NCBI GenBank assembly: GCA_002633005.1
Contig: NMRA01000083.1
Span: 446,896-510,895 of the forward strand
Origin: Phoronis australis
Lineage: Eukaryota; Animalia; Phoronida
Length of the DNA: 64,000 bases
Direction of reading: 5' to 3'
Part shown: piece after piece, positions 1-14,007 of the stretch
How positions within the stretch are numbered: position 1 is the stretch's first letter
Layout of the letters: each line of letters opens with the position of its first letter
Notes under the pieces: model-generated
The model's database searches: none
Told to the model about the DNA's origin: nothing
What the model saw: only the letters and a program-made list of their open reading frames with translations
Translations under genes and position numbers: made by a program

Positions 1-1419
1 AAGTATCAAGTCCAAACAGAAAAAGACATTTGCGTTAGCACGGCCATGCAGGCTATGAAAGGATCTCAAAGTTCAGTCTCTCAATCAGAAATTCCTAATA
101 ACTAATTGGAAGTATAATAGTACTAAAAGCCAATACAAACTACGGTAATTTGCGATCCATTGGAGTTAATTCTATCTGAACATTTCCTCAACGCTTTACC
201 TTTATAGGCAATGCTTCACGACACTTTCTTGAAGATTCCTCCAGTTTGCAGCTCTAAAACTCAAATGTTCACCAAAAACAGATGTAAGGAAGGCATACAT
301 CAGATGGCTCCAACAACCAATGTGCTTAGTATCTTGATCACTTCTGTTGAACCTGGGCTTTTTAAATGTCACCCTTCGAGGCGAGCTCTTTGTGATGTAT
401 TGTCTATAGCGATGAGCAAGCATTGATCCTTGAACACACTTGGGAATCTAGTCGAGCTGTCTTGGTAATGAGTGCAAGTACATAGAAATGAAGCGATTAG
501 AACGCTCCAGTCTCTATGTAAAGCTAAAGTAGGTAGTTGAAAGGGAGTTTTACAAGGCAAAACACCCCTGGCTACATGCTGTACAAGAAGACTCATTCAA
601 ACGAGGAAGAGGCGTGAAATCATCATCTCCACGAATTGTGGACAGAGGAAATTAAACCAGTGAAAAGATCAAATGTGTAAGAGATTGGCTAATGTAGTTT
701 TACACTTTAGTGGATTTGGAATCAGGAAATTACCAGTACTAAACAACAGCAATCCGGTTTTTATTTCAGGAAGATATCAGAAATGTTCATTGGTTCTTCT
801 TTTGAGCATCAACTATGCAACTCGGGTATTGTCCCTTAACTTTTTGTCTTAATGGTATTTTTTAAACTTTCAACTTTTTTTATTAATATCTCACATTTTG
901 TTAGGTAACTGCAAGAAGAGACGGGCGTCTATTTTAATACACAAAAATGAAGTTTTTGCTTAAAAACGTTCAAAGATATTAAGAGCATGACACAATAGCC
1001 TCTGGTTCCGGTCAAGCCAATTTACCTGAGCCTCACCAGGAAATCATGTACAAAAAGTTCACCCCAGAGCACAACTTCTTTATTAATTCACTTGAAGTGA
1101 TCTCCCATTCTACTTTTGTACACACAATTACTACTCTACAATACCTTGTACATGCCCACCACTTCCAAGGTAAAACTGAATGAATTTCAAGGAATTTTAA
1201 TGGGATATTTCACTGTCAATCTTGATTTGTTGCTGAATGAACCGACAGCTCAAGGCAAATAAGTCCATGCGCCATTTTTGAATTCGCGCTTTTAGGGTTG
1301 GTCAAACCAACAAACACTGAAGCATTTTATTGAGTCATTAATGGTTTCTATGTTCTTGTTGGTTACCGAACCCATCACTGTAAAACAGATTTGACAAGCT
1401 TCAATGGCATAATTCATTT

Positions 1420-1873
1420 GTGTTTGCTTTTCACGAGGAAACTCCAACGCTAATATTTGGGTTTTTGTTACCCCAATGCCTAATCCAGCCTAAGTCAGCC
1501 TAAGCCAGACTAACCCACCCTAATCGATTCACAAATTACCGCAAAGCTCGTTTCTTAGCCACGATGCTGAAAAACCAGTACTCACTAATTTCTCTTGTAA
1601 TGCATGGATTTTTAGAATTCAAAGACAGATACTTAATTTACCGAAAGATCACGCACTGACGAACACAAGTAAGGTTTGAATAAAGTCAAAAACTTTTAAA
1701 AACAATTGTGTTGGTCGTTTGCCTTAGTTATTGTTAGTTTTTTTACTTTAAAACTCATACACTAAACTAGCGTGTTGGTTTACGACTGCAGTTATCTCAA
1801 CCAGCACGTTGAGCCATCCCCATGAATAGCGAATAGCTCACTTCAGTCCGTGATGGCGCCAGCCATCAAGCCT
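1420..1873 (-). repeat. Dispersed repeat; diverged reverse-complement copy of 51513-51960 and 53312-53750
   Basis: Colinear reverse-complement blocks, e.g. ttggtcgtttgccttagttattg vs caataagtaaggcaaacgaccaa, and gggtttttgttacccc vs ggggtaacaaaacccc. Confidence 0.85.
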
Positions 1874-2816
1874 TTGCTGTGCAGAAGTGCAGAAGACTTC
1901 GCATGCTTTCTCGTCCACTTGCGTGCAAATCCTGTTAGTGTAAGATATGCCTATTGTGGATGCTAAATGTCTGGAGAAAAGCACTGGTTACAGTGTTTAA
2001 AACCCCTAATTTCATATCAAGAACACCAAAAATAAACACACCAGCCCATCACGCAAACATTATCCGATGATATTTTAATTAGCTGATCTCCAGTTACTAA
2101 CATTTATTGGTCGATACATATAAAATCAAGACAACCAGTCAGCATTCCCCACCCTGTTGTGTTTAGGGTGAAGAGTCGCCAGATATTGCAGCTTGCTTTC
2201 CAATGTTTTTATGGTGCAATAAATAATGGAAAGGCGTAGGCAACGTTTGTGGGGGTTGTGACAACTCGGTACTTCAGTACCCTGCGGCTCCTCACTTTCC
2301 ATCAGAGAGGCACGAATACGGCGCTAGTTTGAACAAGAAACTCGAGTGTTGGAAGACATTACAAACAGGCGCTAGGTACGTTCATACACCACGCTCACGC
2401 TCACGTCCGTGGAGCTAAGAAACTTTAAATTTAAGTCGCTTTGCTTCTATTTTCTCGTTTTTGAGACATAGATTGATCCAGGAATGAGATAGGTAGTGCT
2501 ACAAAGGATGTTTAAGGATGCTGACAATGTATTCACTTGTCAAGGAAGGAAAATTATGGTCTTAAAAGCACTTTAAGCCAGTACAAGTCTATTACTTATT
2601 CTTGACGTTATATCAGGGTAAATAAATTATAAACTCTACAACGTCACTTGTTACATTTGCGAAAATAAAAATGCAGAAGACAAGATCAACTATTTTTTCA
2701 AGAAACATGTTAACTGTAAACAATACATATATAATTTCTATCATCTAAATATCCAATTCCACATTTGTGCTCAATTCTGCACACTTTCGATTAAACAGGT
2801 GACAGCAAATACCTAC

Positions 2817-2867
2817 CTGTAGCCAGCCTAACAAGCTTCTGGTGAGACATGCACACCACACAAGTAC
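2817..2867 (-). other. Candidate 51-nt exon (unconfirmed)
   Basis: Minus strand attctttgccAG|...CAG|GTAGGT; length is a multiple of 3; open in two frames; no recognisable homology. Confidence 0.2.
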
Positions 2868-3246
2868 CTGGCAAAGAATGGGTCTCATTTAAAACATTGA
2901 GCCACCTTGTTCGTTAATTAATCATGACTTGATATTGATCCTGCTATTTGAAAGGCGCTACAATTAATAATTTGTGTAGTGTAAATGTTTTAATCAATCG
3001 ACACCTAATTAGGATTGGCTCTATAAAAAAATCATTGGGTTTTTCTTGTCACTAATTATGTAGAAATGTCAGTTGGATATCTTGTTTGCACGATGACTTT
3101 ATTCAGCATGGTGAGTGCTCCAGTACTTTAGTACGACACCTGAAGTTAAGTGAAACTTAACCAGATTACAAATGCACAGATATCTATAACCACTTATGTC
3201 CCTACCTGACCCTGTTGAAATGGTTCACGGATATTCACGAATGTTT

Positions 3247-3363
3247 ATGAAATACAAATGAGACAATTCATGAACCATATTCATGAAGTTACGTTCATGA
3301 ACTCAAAGTTCAGGACCTAAATTTGTGAACTAAATTCAAGAACTAGCCTCATTTGTATTTCAT
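3247..3363. repeat. Small foldback/MITE-like unit: 16-bp perfect inverted repeat enclosing TTCATGAA-like palindromes
   Basis: ATGAAATACAAATGAG (3247-3262) and CTCATTTGTATTTCAT (3348-3363); TTCATGAA variants recur from about 3225 to 3410. Confidence 0.7.
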
Positions 3364-6056
3364 GAACCAAAATTCATGAAAATAATTACCAAAATTCATG
3401 AATTAAATTCACAATAAAAATTTTTCTGTTTGGGAAAGTAACAGGAAGTTTTACAGATAACTTCACATCACGGAAATCAAGGTTGGATATTTTGACTGAA
3501 AGAATGTTACTTTAATTATATTTTGATAATTCAAAACATGTTTTGTACATTACTGAAAAATGCAAGAAAAACACACGTAAACTTCAGCATCTGCGACGTA
3601 ATGAAAAGTTTTAAGATAAGATTTTTTCCATAAAAAATAGTAAACATTTTAGACTATGTACCATAGCAGTGACTAGACAGCTCCAATCTATTCTGGCATA
3701 CAATTAGTTATGACGTGGATTAACTTAGACATGAAGGCTGGCTCTCCCAATTTCAAGAGACCAAATTGCCTAGTCTCCTTGTCACAATAATTCTCATAAT
3801 ATTATACTTTTAACTCCATTTTTATTTGCTCTGGGTAACACTAACACATTATAATCTCACTGTCTGAATATCAACTCGCACGACTTTCCAAATGCAAGTC
3901 AATACGGTCAGGCTTGGTTGACTGTATTTTCGACTTGCACGAAGCCGACTGCCATGCTGGAGATTGGAACGAGGCTACCAGCACTTCAGTTTCTTTGACC
4001 TTTCTGGCTTGATAAGGGTGTCTCCCTTATGAAATAATATCTCAACAATACGATGACGTTATCAAGCAACCAAGTGAGATGAGAGCCTAATCAAGGCCGA
4101 ACCTGAACTAATCAAAACAGCGGTACACCAGCAATGTGCAGGCCAAGAGAAAAAATATGGGACATACGAATAAAAGTAAACGTTACGAAATTTAGTTAAA
4201 ATCAATTTTTATTTGGTATAATGCAACGGGTTTTGGTAACATGTCGCAACACTAAAAATAAAATTGGTAGTAAGATGTCTACATTAAAGTTGCTTATACT
4301 TTACAATGAAACCAAATCACTTCCATATCCATCCTGCACATCTTTGCACACAGTTCACAGGTCTTGAAAAGTCTAAACCTCATTAGTTTGATTCACAAAT
4401 GACTACCAAGAGACACCCTTGAGATTGAGAGCCTCACAGAACTCTTGCAGCTGGTGAGGCTTGAGATGGGCATTCGATATTCAATAGGCTAACGATGGGA
4501 AATCTATAGAACCGGCAGATGGGTTGGGTTCACACCAGTGACTGATAGTGTTGACAGGCTGGTGGGATATAACACTACACTCTGGACTAATGGCTCCAAA
4601 AATAATTCCCGTTGCTGCCTGCACATATGGCTATTTCTCATTAATTAATCAAAGTACAGCAAGAGCTTCTTTTCCATGTTCTCGCAATTTTTTCAAAACC
4701 AATTACATTGTTTTGATCTGATAAGGAGAGACTGTGTACAGTATGGGTCTATGCTCATTCCTGTAACAAGCTGATAAAGCGGATCACTGACTGCTCTTAG
4801 TTTCATACAAGAGAAAAAAACAGCCACCCCACTTACATACGTATAGTCATCCTGTGTTGGACAGTTTCTTAGAACAGCAAGCGAACTATGGCAAAAATAT
4901 TGCTTTCTTATAATGTTTTACAGTTTGGTCAAAATTTACATCTAAGGTCGCAGTTGTTTCTACGATGGAATATTAACTGACTAAATCCCGATTGTTAAAG
5001 AAACGGTCTGTTTTAGGGTAGAAAAATTTGTTTGTATTATTTTAAGATACAATAGACTTCTTGAAGTCGTTGGGTTTTGACATAAGATTTGCTTTTTTGT
5101 TTTTCATTTAATTAGAAGCCACTGATTCCTTACATTGGCTTCCAGTCAATTCACTGGTACCCGAGGTAGACTTAATTAAAATCGAAGCACTGACAATATC
5201 AGCTATAGCACTGAATTTCTAAGGAGCCCGGTGGCGATGGTGCTAATCAAAGCGGGCCAAGCCAAGACAGCTGCTACTGTCCGAAGCGGAGCGTACTTGA
5301 GAAGAAAATGCACTGAAATACTAACTTCTCTTGAATAACAATTTGGGAAGAAAATCAAGATCAGGACAATCGTGAGAGACGAGTTGAACATTTTCAACGT
5401 CAAATTTTCTCAGTCTTGGGTCTTGCTTTTGATTGATTTTAATAAATGCAGATCTGTAATTATTTCAAATCTTATATCTTTTAAATGCTAACCAATTGAC
5501 TTCCTTGATAACTCCCAAAATTCGATAACCTGGGTTATAATTGCTATGGTAACCACACATTTTAGAGTAACTACCGTATTACCAGAATCGGACTGTTTTC
5601 TGGGATATCACACCAACTACACAAATTTGTGCCAGGCAAAATGACCTTGTGAGTAAGCTGGTACCGGAAGGTCACACCTTTCAACGAGGAGTTCAACGAT
5701 CACTGGCCTAATGCGAAAACAAAACCAAAATAAAAACATTCAAATAAAAAATAGATACTTTGATGCATATGTTCATAACAACTGTCAGAGTGATTAAGTT
5801 ATAAAATTCCGGCAATTCCGTTCAACTTTGCCCATTTTCCTCATGCTTCATTGTTACTAATTATGACACTTCATTTGCAGTTTACCAATTCAACATTAGG
5901 AAGTTGTAAAGATCTGAGCTCCAATCTGCTGGGCAGAGATTGGGTGTAGTGGGAAACGATTCTAGAGTTTAGTTCCCTCTTGAAAAACATATGACTTCCC
6001 GGAAAATGCATCTCTTGAGTCGCCTAACAGCAACCACTGTCTGAATCATAATGGTG

Positions 6057-6482
6057 TATCACGATTTGTCTGAGTAAACCCCCAGGTCGCTTAAAATGAG
6101 GACTTAAAAAATCAGGGGAGGGTCGAGCTGGAGCATGGGTGTTTCAGAAAACAAAATTTTCAAGAAGTTTAGAGAAGCTGGTCGATTTGGATTAATGCTT
6201 GGGGAGCTGCATTAATGTCAGACTCCTGTGCAAGAGCTCAAATAACACATAGGAGAATACAGGTATTACCTGGCCCAACGAAGGCAAAGTGCGACTGATT
6301 AGAGCTTTAACTTCATTACTTTCATATGCCTTAGGAGCTAAAATTCACTTTTAAGGAAGATTCTATTGTATTAACACAGGGTGAGCTTTAAGCCATTAGC
6401 ATGGGCTCTTAAAATCAAAAATTGATAATTTCAGGGCTGGGCATTGAGCTGAACATGGACATTAAGTGGGGTGATTACAGTA
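6057..6482. mobile_element. Old Tc1/mariner(pogo)-type MITE related to 44895-45333
   Basis: Left end tatcacgatttgtctgagtaaacccccaggtcgcttaaa resembles taccgtaaatgttcgggttaacgccttgggcggttaaa; right end ...catggacattaagtggggtgatTACAGTA. Confidence 0.5.
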
Positions 6483-7554
6483 ATTGACTACTGACTTACC
6501 CTCTAATCCTGAAAATTGGCAAAGCATCAAAAATAAATTTAAAAACGTGTACCCAATGCATGCGACACCTAATCAAATGCAGGTGCAGGGTACACCCCGC
6601 AGATGTCTGGGTCCCGAAACATGTATATGGACTAGAGCTAAAGCTGCGGTAAAAACACACTCGCAGGCTCATCAGCAGCAGCTGAAATAGAATGGATTTA
6701 TGATCACAAGGCCAATCATTGATTATTGAATGATATCAACTGTTAAAGCCAACTGCTACAAATATTATTGACAGATGTTGATGCGCGCACACATGTGCCA
6801 CGCACGCTTTCTGTTGCAGGGCATGGACAAACAATCACACCATACTGGGACAACGCAAAATCTGTTATAGCCAGGTGTGGGGTCAACAGTACACGTTAAA
6901 GTTATTTAGACAAAATGACCCCGCAATTGCATGTTACATGACGGCTGGGCAGAAGCCGAAATCACAGTCAGAGTAGGCTTCCCTCATGACTTAGAATGAA
7001 GAAGAACTAAAATAGGAAAGTTAATATTTGGTTGCTAAGCAATACTGCAATAAGCATTCTGTCATCATTTTTTTCGTTAACAGAAAAAGTAGCCGTAATT
7101 GCGCCAAAATAGCATTTTGTCTCACGTGTTGTACATACTATCACACTGTATCTGTATCATCCTTCAACCAGAAGAGGTACTGCTAGGGTATAACAGAGGT
7201 ATATGGGACATGCTGATTAGAATTTTTCACAATGAGTTTGACTACGAAAGGGTGCTTTTTTTGACAAACTACCCAGTGAAAAAGTGCCTTTCCAATTCAA
7301 TTACCTACAAAAGGTCTTCTTGAGGAATATGAAACAAAAAGGCACCTTTTCATATCATTTTCCTCGTTTTTGACAGCATAGCATCTCTTTATGTATTGTT
7401 TCAAGTTGTGTCAAAAATCAAAAAGATGTTACAGCAAAAACCTTAATGAAAGAGTGACATTTTCATGGATGCTCCTTAAACATGTGTTCTGAATTCACTC
7501 TATACATCAGGGTATTGCATCCTATTTTACTAGCTGTAAGACTCCTAAAAAATA

Positions 7555-7650
7555 TACCGTAAACTTGTGGGTCAACGCCCATGCCCCGGTAATCGCCATC
7601 CCCAACTGCCAATTTTCGGTTTAAGCGCCCACTGCTTGGGTAATCACCCA
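7555..7650 (+). mobile_element. Terminal fragment of a TACCGTA-type Tc1/mariner MITE
   Basis: Starts TACCGTAAAC, followed by (T/C)AA(G)CGCCC subterminal motifs as at 44895-45070. Confidence 0.5.
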
Positions 7651-9014
7651 CATCCCTGTCTCAGGGTTTCCCAAATTAAGGGCCTAGGGTGTTAACATCA
7701 TTTTCGCCACCCACCTAATCAACCTAAGTTTAAGTTGAACAGGGAAGATCTGTGAACAAATAATAAATAAATCTAATGGTATACTAATATTTGGAAATTA
7801 TCACTAAATGAAGGTGTAGTAATTGAGCAGAAGGTGCATAGCCAGAGACTAGCAAGAATCTCAGTAATGCATACAAATAGTTGTGTGGATAATAATAATA
7901 ACTATATAACTAGTCTAAACGAAGTGCAAAGAAATAGCGATGCAATTTTTTAATTGTGGCTCTGTAAGTCACCTGTTTTTACAAAGTTACCTGACCTTAA
8001 ACCAATGTTTTAAGTTTACTACCACTTTTACTTAGCCAATAAGAAAAATGTGTTGAATATTCTGTGAAGAGTGAAGTAAACCTTTTCCAACACAATTATT
8101 CACAGAACTCTGCTCATCTCAGTTATTATCGAACACATCTATAACCGTAATTTTCAATCGCCAATTGCAGGTGTTTTTCGAAGTTCAAACGCCAGGCTGT
8201 TCGGAAATTGGGTAACCACACTCCATTTTCATGAAATGAACCAGGTGTTTTTATCATGCACACACGATACTCTTAATCTCATATACCTGAATTCATCAAT
8301 TTATATTATTACTAAAATAAAGCAAGGAAAATGATAACGACAGTAGAAGTTTGTTCACTACTGGTAACCAGAAGTAAAACCACAACAGTGAATTACTGTA
8401 TTAAGGAAGGGAACAAGACATTTTAAAAATTATCGAATCAACTAACATTTAGAATGAATACACAATGACTAGCGCACTCTATCCAAAGAGCTTACTGAGA
8501 ACAGCACAAGCAGTTGTGCAGTCTCCGATGAAGTACGTCTACAATATCAGTCAGCAGCAAATGACTTTACCTGTCACCTCCTATGCATAGTTGAAAAAAT
8601 AAAACTATATCCTTCTTCCAGCTTAAAAAACATTAGTTGCAAAACAGATGGAATGAAATTGACCGAATGCACTGACTGTGAGCTAACTAAGCTTCAAAAT
8701 GGGCACTTCTCTTTGTGTCTTATCTCATGACAGGAAATCATGCGTGTGTAGACACGAGACATTAGCTACGCACTAGTAGCCAGAAATCTTGGCTAAGGAA
8801 ATAAAACTGAATTCTATCCCATTATTCGTGAATTTTATCCCATAATTCATCACTCCGACCAATCACTTCAGTGGGCGCCATTTTGCTAGGTTTCGCTTAG
8901 GTATCGACCATACTCGTGACACTCACCCTTCACAAGCATGATTTAGCGTAGTCTCATGTGATCTCATTTCTCTTGCCAGAAACTTGGTCTGGTGATTCAC
9001 CAAATAAGAATCAC

Positions 9015-9319
9015 ATGTTAATATTTAACAATTGACATCATTAAGCAACAAAACACTGGTGGAATACTGCTTCTCTAGCAGACTGCAGATCAAGTTCAAC
9101 AGTTAGGGGGCCTGACCCATCAATCCTTCACTCCATGTTGCCAAAGTCTACAATACAATTGGCGGACAAGTGAAGATATGTTAATATTTAACAATTTGCA
9201 TAATAGCATCTAAACACTGGTGGAATACTGTTCTGACAGTCAATAACAGGTCTGTGACCCATCAATCCACTCTCTGACAACACACTGCCAGTCTAAAATA
9301 CATTTGGTGAACAAATGAA
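9015..9319 (+). repeat. Degenerate two-copy tandem duplication, unit about 160 bp
   Basis: atgttaatatttaacaatt, aaacactggtggaatactg and tgacccatcaatcc each occur twice in the same order. Confidence 0.85.
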
Positions 9320-10693
9320 ATTTTTTTTTGCCAGTTCTTTTAACAAAAGCAAAAATAGCCTATTATTAACCTACCATAGGTCAAGTTATACTAACAAAAG
9401 AAAATTGAGTAAAGGCCTTGTTGTGAAACAAAATTCGGCAAAGCCCCAGGTTATGCGCAGCAAGGGAGCTTTTAAAAAATTGAAAAACAATAATTTTGGC
9501 AATAATGTTGCGAGAAACCAGAATTAACGTAACATGTACTTAAAGTGGCCAAATCAGCAAATGGGCATATCACAGGCTGTCATGATTTTGACTGAGGGCC
9601 GGGGTAATGGTAGATGTTCCTGTGTTAGACTGGGAAGCAGGGAGGGACAGTTGTCCTCAAATATTTGGACAAAATATTGACTCGTTAATTAAAATAAAGA
9701 AACTTTCAGAAAATCCGCCACCATTACACCCTCCACATAAGGTCAAGGCTGCATTTGCCTGTGTGATCACCGGCTGTACTCAGCTCAGGATAGCTCAAGG
9801 CATTGTAAACCTAAGCGAGAGGGGTGAGCATCGTGAAATAAACTGTTTTAAAAACTTTAAAAAGTCAGTAGGTGCTTCAAGTGGTGAAAAATCTAACCTA
9901 AATCACAATGATGCATTTTAATAAAAAAAATCAAATTAAATCTGGAAGTGCAAAGAAAATTGTTTTACACTTATACTGAATCCTTGTACAGAAGGTTATC
10001 CCAATCATTTATCAACCAAACTATCCAACAGATCAGGCTGACTGTGGTGTCATCCAAAATTTGATAACTAGGGCATAGGTTTGGCTACTATCTGAAGTAT
10101 TACAATGTTTTATGACCTTTCCAAATGCTCCGACTTCCGATGCATTTTTGACGCAATGATGCTGAGGAAAAATATAGTGTAACACCATTTCCATATTCCG
10201 CACTCCCGCTCTTCTCGGCTGTGAGGTGAGATTATAGTGATTGTACAATGGTGGTGCTGTGCCCACGACGGGATTCGGTGTCTTTTGTCCTTCAGAACTG
10301 TCAGGAAGGGTTGAAATGTGACATCCCGCATTCATACCGTAGTAGACATTTATCCCACTTCATTGAATCGTCATTGCAGCGCACGACACATGACTTAAAT
10401 ATGATAAAAAATATAGAGTATTCAAACGAGTGCTAACATGTGAATCTCCATAGGAGCGAAAGCGAGGCTGCTGACCTGCCTGCTGGATGTGTGTACCTAT
10501 TTTGTATCTCATGGAATAGGAGAGTGATCAATGCGGAAGGCGAGAATTGCATTAATATGCTTTCACTGATTTTCTTTTCGACTTCATGAGTTAAGGTTTG
10601 ACATAAAGAGAGCTCACATCACATGTCGCTTTACCCTTTGAATGCCGGAACTCGCCCGATTTGCAAAGTTTCAGTCAGTCAGGAAATGGACGT

Positions 10694-10943
10694 GATCAGC
10701 ATTTGACGAGGAATTCAAAAATGCTATTGGTTTATGTTCAGATATGTTATAACTTTTGTTTTTAACAGCACAGCCCATACACGCTAGATACAATCTTATT
10801 GGAGATTAGAGCAAAAGAGAGCTAGCCCTCCAACCATAAATGCCAGAATGGAGTTAATCAGTTGTGTAAGATATTGGCCGCAGGAGTCATCTTCCCAACT
10901 TGTTGTTGGGCTATAGAATCGAACAAGTTGCGATCAACAGGAA
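10694..10943 (+). repeat. Dispersed repeat shared with 56549-56812 and 58862-59010
   Basis: Shared blocks gatcagcatttgac, gccctccaaccataaatg, cccaacttgttgttgggctatagaatcg. Confidence 0.9.
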
Positions 10944-12344
10944 AACGCCGTAATGATTTAATCCCTAAAACTAGCGGTAACTCTGTTGTCACACCCAGAA
11001 GTTGCTAGGAAAGGTGAGGAGAGTTGAGATGGAGTTTCCATAGACCCGCAGTTTTGTATATGGAAACTGACAACAGATGGCTCTATTCTATATGACAGAG
11101 AATGTGTCAGCTAGCACACAAGGCAGATGGTGCTTAATAAGATGAAATGCCGTAAGACTGCCTGTGTTCATTAAGGACTGTTACAGGTGTTACTCTAGGT
11201 CAAGAAGGATTAAAAATTTCATAAGTAGGCAAAACTTTTGAAATTTCACGAAACCAGTTTCAGAACTCTACCTAAAACTTCTCAAAAAATCAAATATTGA
11301 CTTTCTATTTTGTTTTGTATATAAATTTAACAGAAGTACAAAACCATAGAAAAAATGGAAAGCAATCACTTCCAGTAATAGATAAATTTACTGGCTGCAG
11401 TCAGCTGCTGTGCAAGTCCACGGTCACGGTTGACTTTTAAGTCATTACAATGACTCGTGAGCAGCTGGTAATGAGGAAAATGAAATTCTAAAATTTTAAA
11501 ACTATTGACAGTCATGTTTGCAGCAAGCAATTACTGTTGGTAAGCTTGAATTCACATTATGTTGTAATGAAAGAACATTTCTGACTTTCTGACAGCACCA
11601 TGGTTTTTTGGACAATCGTTAATTGTTTTAAGAAATAACTGCGTTTGATAACATCCTCCTTGGCTGAATTTCCATTTTATCAATTCAATATTTTATCAAA
11701 CCAGTTGAGCTGCTCAACCTTTTATGACTAACACATGGATTCACATCTTGTGACCTTTGACCTCTCACTAGGTTCTTCTGCCAAGTCGGCCCACTCCCAC
11801 CAGTCTTCAAGTGACTGCGCATCATGATCACAGCTTTGTATGAGAGACGAGTGAACAACACCATCTGTCCCCTGTGGTGCTGGGAGTGAGAACCAACCAC
11901 CTGACCGTGCACAGTCAGGTGGACATTGGCTCACGACGACAGAGCATGAATCATCATCAGCATGATGGTCCCACTACTACTTTTGTTGTCGACTATCACC
12001 CTCAAGTTCTAACTTAATCCGTTTTCATTGCCACGCTTTAAAGCTGACGACTGTCTGGTTACAAAACGCATAAAATCATTCTCATAATGTTCATTACCAT
12101 GATAGGGTTTTATGATTACCAACAAGAGCATCGAAACCACCAGTTAAGAAAGTACTTTAGTTTAATGGTGTTGGCCAACCCTAAAACTGTAAATTCCAGA
12201 ATGGTGAATAGCCTGTGACTTGAGTTGATATCTGATTTGGTAACAGGTCAAGATCGAATAAGATCGATAGTGTTTTTAAACATACAGACCTTCCGTTAAG
12301 AATTCAACATTGAAAGCTAAACACTTTTAAAATGCAGCTTTAAA

Positions 12345-12521
12345 TTTTTTAATCGTAGTGCTTATTTTTAGTCATAGTGTTCATTTTTAGTCAAAGCGCT
12401 CATTTTTAGTCACAGTGCTCATTTTTAGTCAAAGCGCTCATTTTTAGTCACAGTGCTCATTTTTAGTCATAGTGCTCATTTTTAGTCACTGTGCTCATTT
12501 TTAGTCATAGTGCTCATTTTT
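12345..12521 (+). repeat. 19-bp minisatellite (CATTTTTAGTCATAGTGCT), about 9 copies
   Basis: Head-to-tail units; variation mainly in the ATAGTG/AAAGCG/ACAGTG positions. Confidence 0.95.
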
Positions 12522-13183
12522 ATAAGACAGACTCACTTACAGTCTAAAGCCCTACATATTCTGATCTTTCAGCTCCAAAAGTTGAGTGTGGGACCACCTG
12601 TCTACTCACTACAAATAGTCGTATTTGTTCAAAAGATACGCTACTTTATTGAGAAATACTGGGATTTATAATAAATAAGCTATATAAGCTGATAAACCCA
12701 TAATACTTCACAAAAACCACTAACTGTTATTTTTGAACGGTTCTATTGTAAAACTCAGGTCTAACTTGACCTTTTTCACAGACTAGAAGCTATTTCTGGT
12801 TTATTTTGCTCCAGTTCAAGACAATTTGGTTTGTTTCGAAAAATTCTTATTTCAATCCATGATACTAAAAACAATTTACTATTCACTTCAAATACTAAAA
12901 ACAATAGTAAGGGTTTGTTTTCTCTCCGGGTTTTCAACAATACAACATGTGAACAAGTGTTTTATCAAAACAAGACAGTGGATAAAAACTGCAAGTTTTA
13001 TTAAAATATCAAAACAGTGTTTTCTTAGGGATGAAAATTGATCATTACTTAGTTTAGAAACAGGCATGCTAGAACAGTGACAGAGAAAGGAAAATGGAAA
13101 TTACATTTCATATTTGTTGGAAATATGAGTGGAAGTCTTACAAGACCTGAGCCTTAAAGAGACATAATCTGTGAGAAAAGTGA

Positions 13184-13310
13184 TTTTCTGAAATCAACCT
13201 CAGTGCAGAATCGAAAATGCAACCCCCTCAAAATGCAACCCCCTCAAAATGCAACCTCCTCAAAATGCAACTCCCCTCAAAATGCAACCCCCTGTGTGGA
13301 TTTCAGCAAA
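13184..13310. mobile_element. TIR-flanked 16-bp minisatellite (AAAATGCAACCCCCTC x ~5); MITE-like
   Basis: Tandem units 13215-13293 bounded by ttttctgaaatcaac and gtggatttcagcaaa (13/15 inverted match). Confidence 0.65.
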
Positions 13311-13978
13311 TGTCTGGCAGAAAAAGGCAAGATCATAAAAACAGGACGGATTTTGTTGTTTCATAGCTCTTCTGGCCAAAGGAGTCTGTCCCATCCAACA
13401 ATAGACCCAAAATGTTTGTAAAACCAACCAACAATATCCCTTTGATGACTTACTTTTGTTTCCTATAAAATAAGTCAATAAAACAAGTTACACCGTATAA
13501 AACATAAATCTGAACTACATTTTCTCAAGCCAATCAGTGTAGCCAAAGTCAAAAGAAACAATAAATGGCATGAGACATCCTTAACCATTGTTTAACAATA
13601 ATGGATATAGCAAGAGCAACTAAATCATTTCATTAGTTTAAGTCATTGTCTGAACAGACCAACTAATGATCCCTATTGGTTCAAAGCACTTGCTGCCCAT
13701 ACCATAATACTTAAAGTGGATTATCAGACTTGACCACTATTGAAAAAACAGAACAATGTCTTCAATAGTTACATCCCTGAATGCCACAGCACCATCTCCC
13801 ATTCTGTGGTATTTACCCAGAAAGCAATGTGTCTGTGGGCACTAGCCTCACACATCAGGTGCTGGATTGTTTGAGGGTATTAGGATCAGTCAGATAATGA
13901 CTTTATTGTGGGGTTAGGTACACAAGCCTAATCAACCTGGTATCTTGCTCAGCAAGCCAACTATTAAGAGTGAGGACA

Positions 13979-14007
13979 GGGGNGGGGGGGGGAGGGGGGG
14001 GGGGGTG
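13979..14007. other. Poly-G tract containing an assembly n (13983)
   Basis: G run interrupted by one n and one a. Confidence 0.9.

Noticed and set aside
535-655. Peptide EFYKAKHPWL resembling a transposase zinc-finger prelude
   Set aside because: The expected CxxC does not follow and the frame closes quickly
12345-12521. CRISPR-like array
   Set aside because: 19-bp units abut with no unique spacers; no cas genes; eukaryotic context
13979-14007. Fifth n-joined duplication
   Set aside because: No duplicated flanks seen; the n sits in a homopolymer G tract
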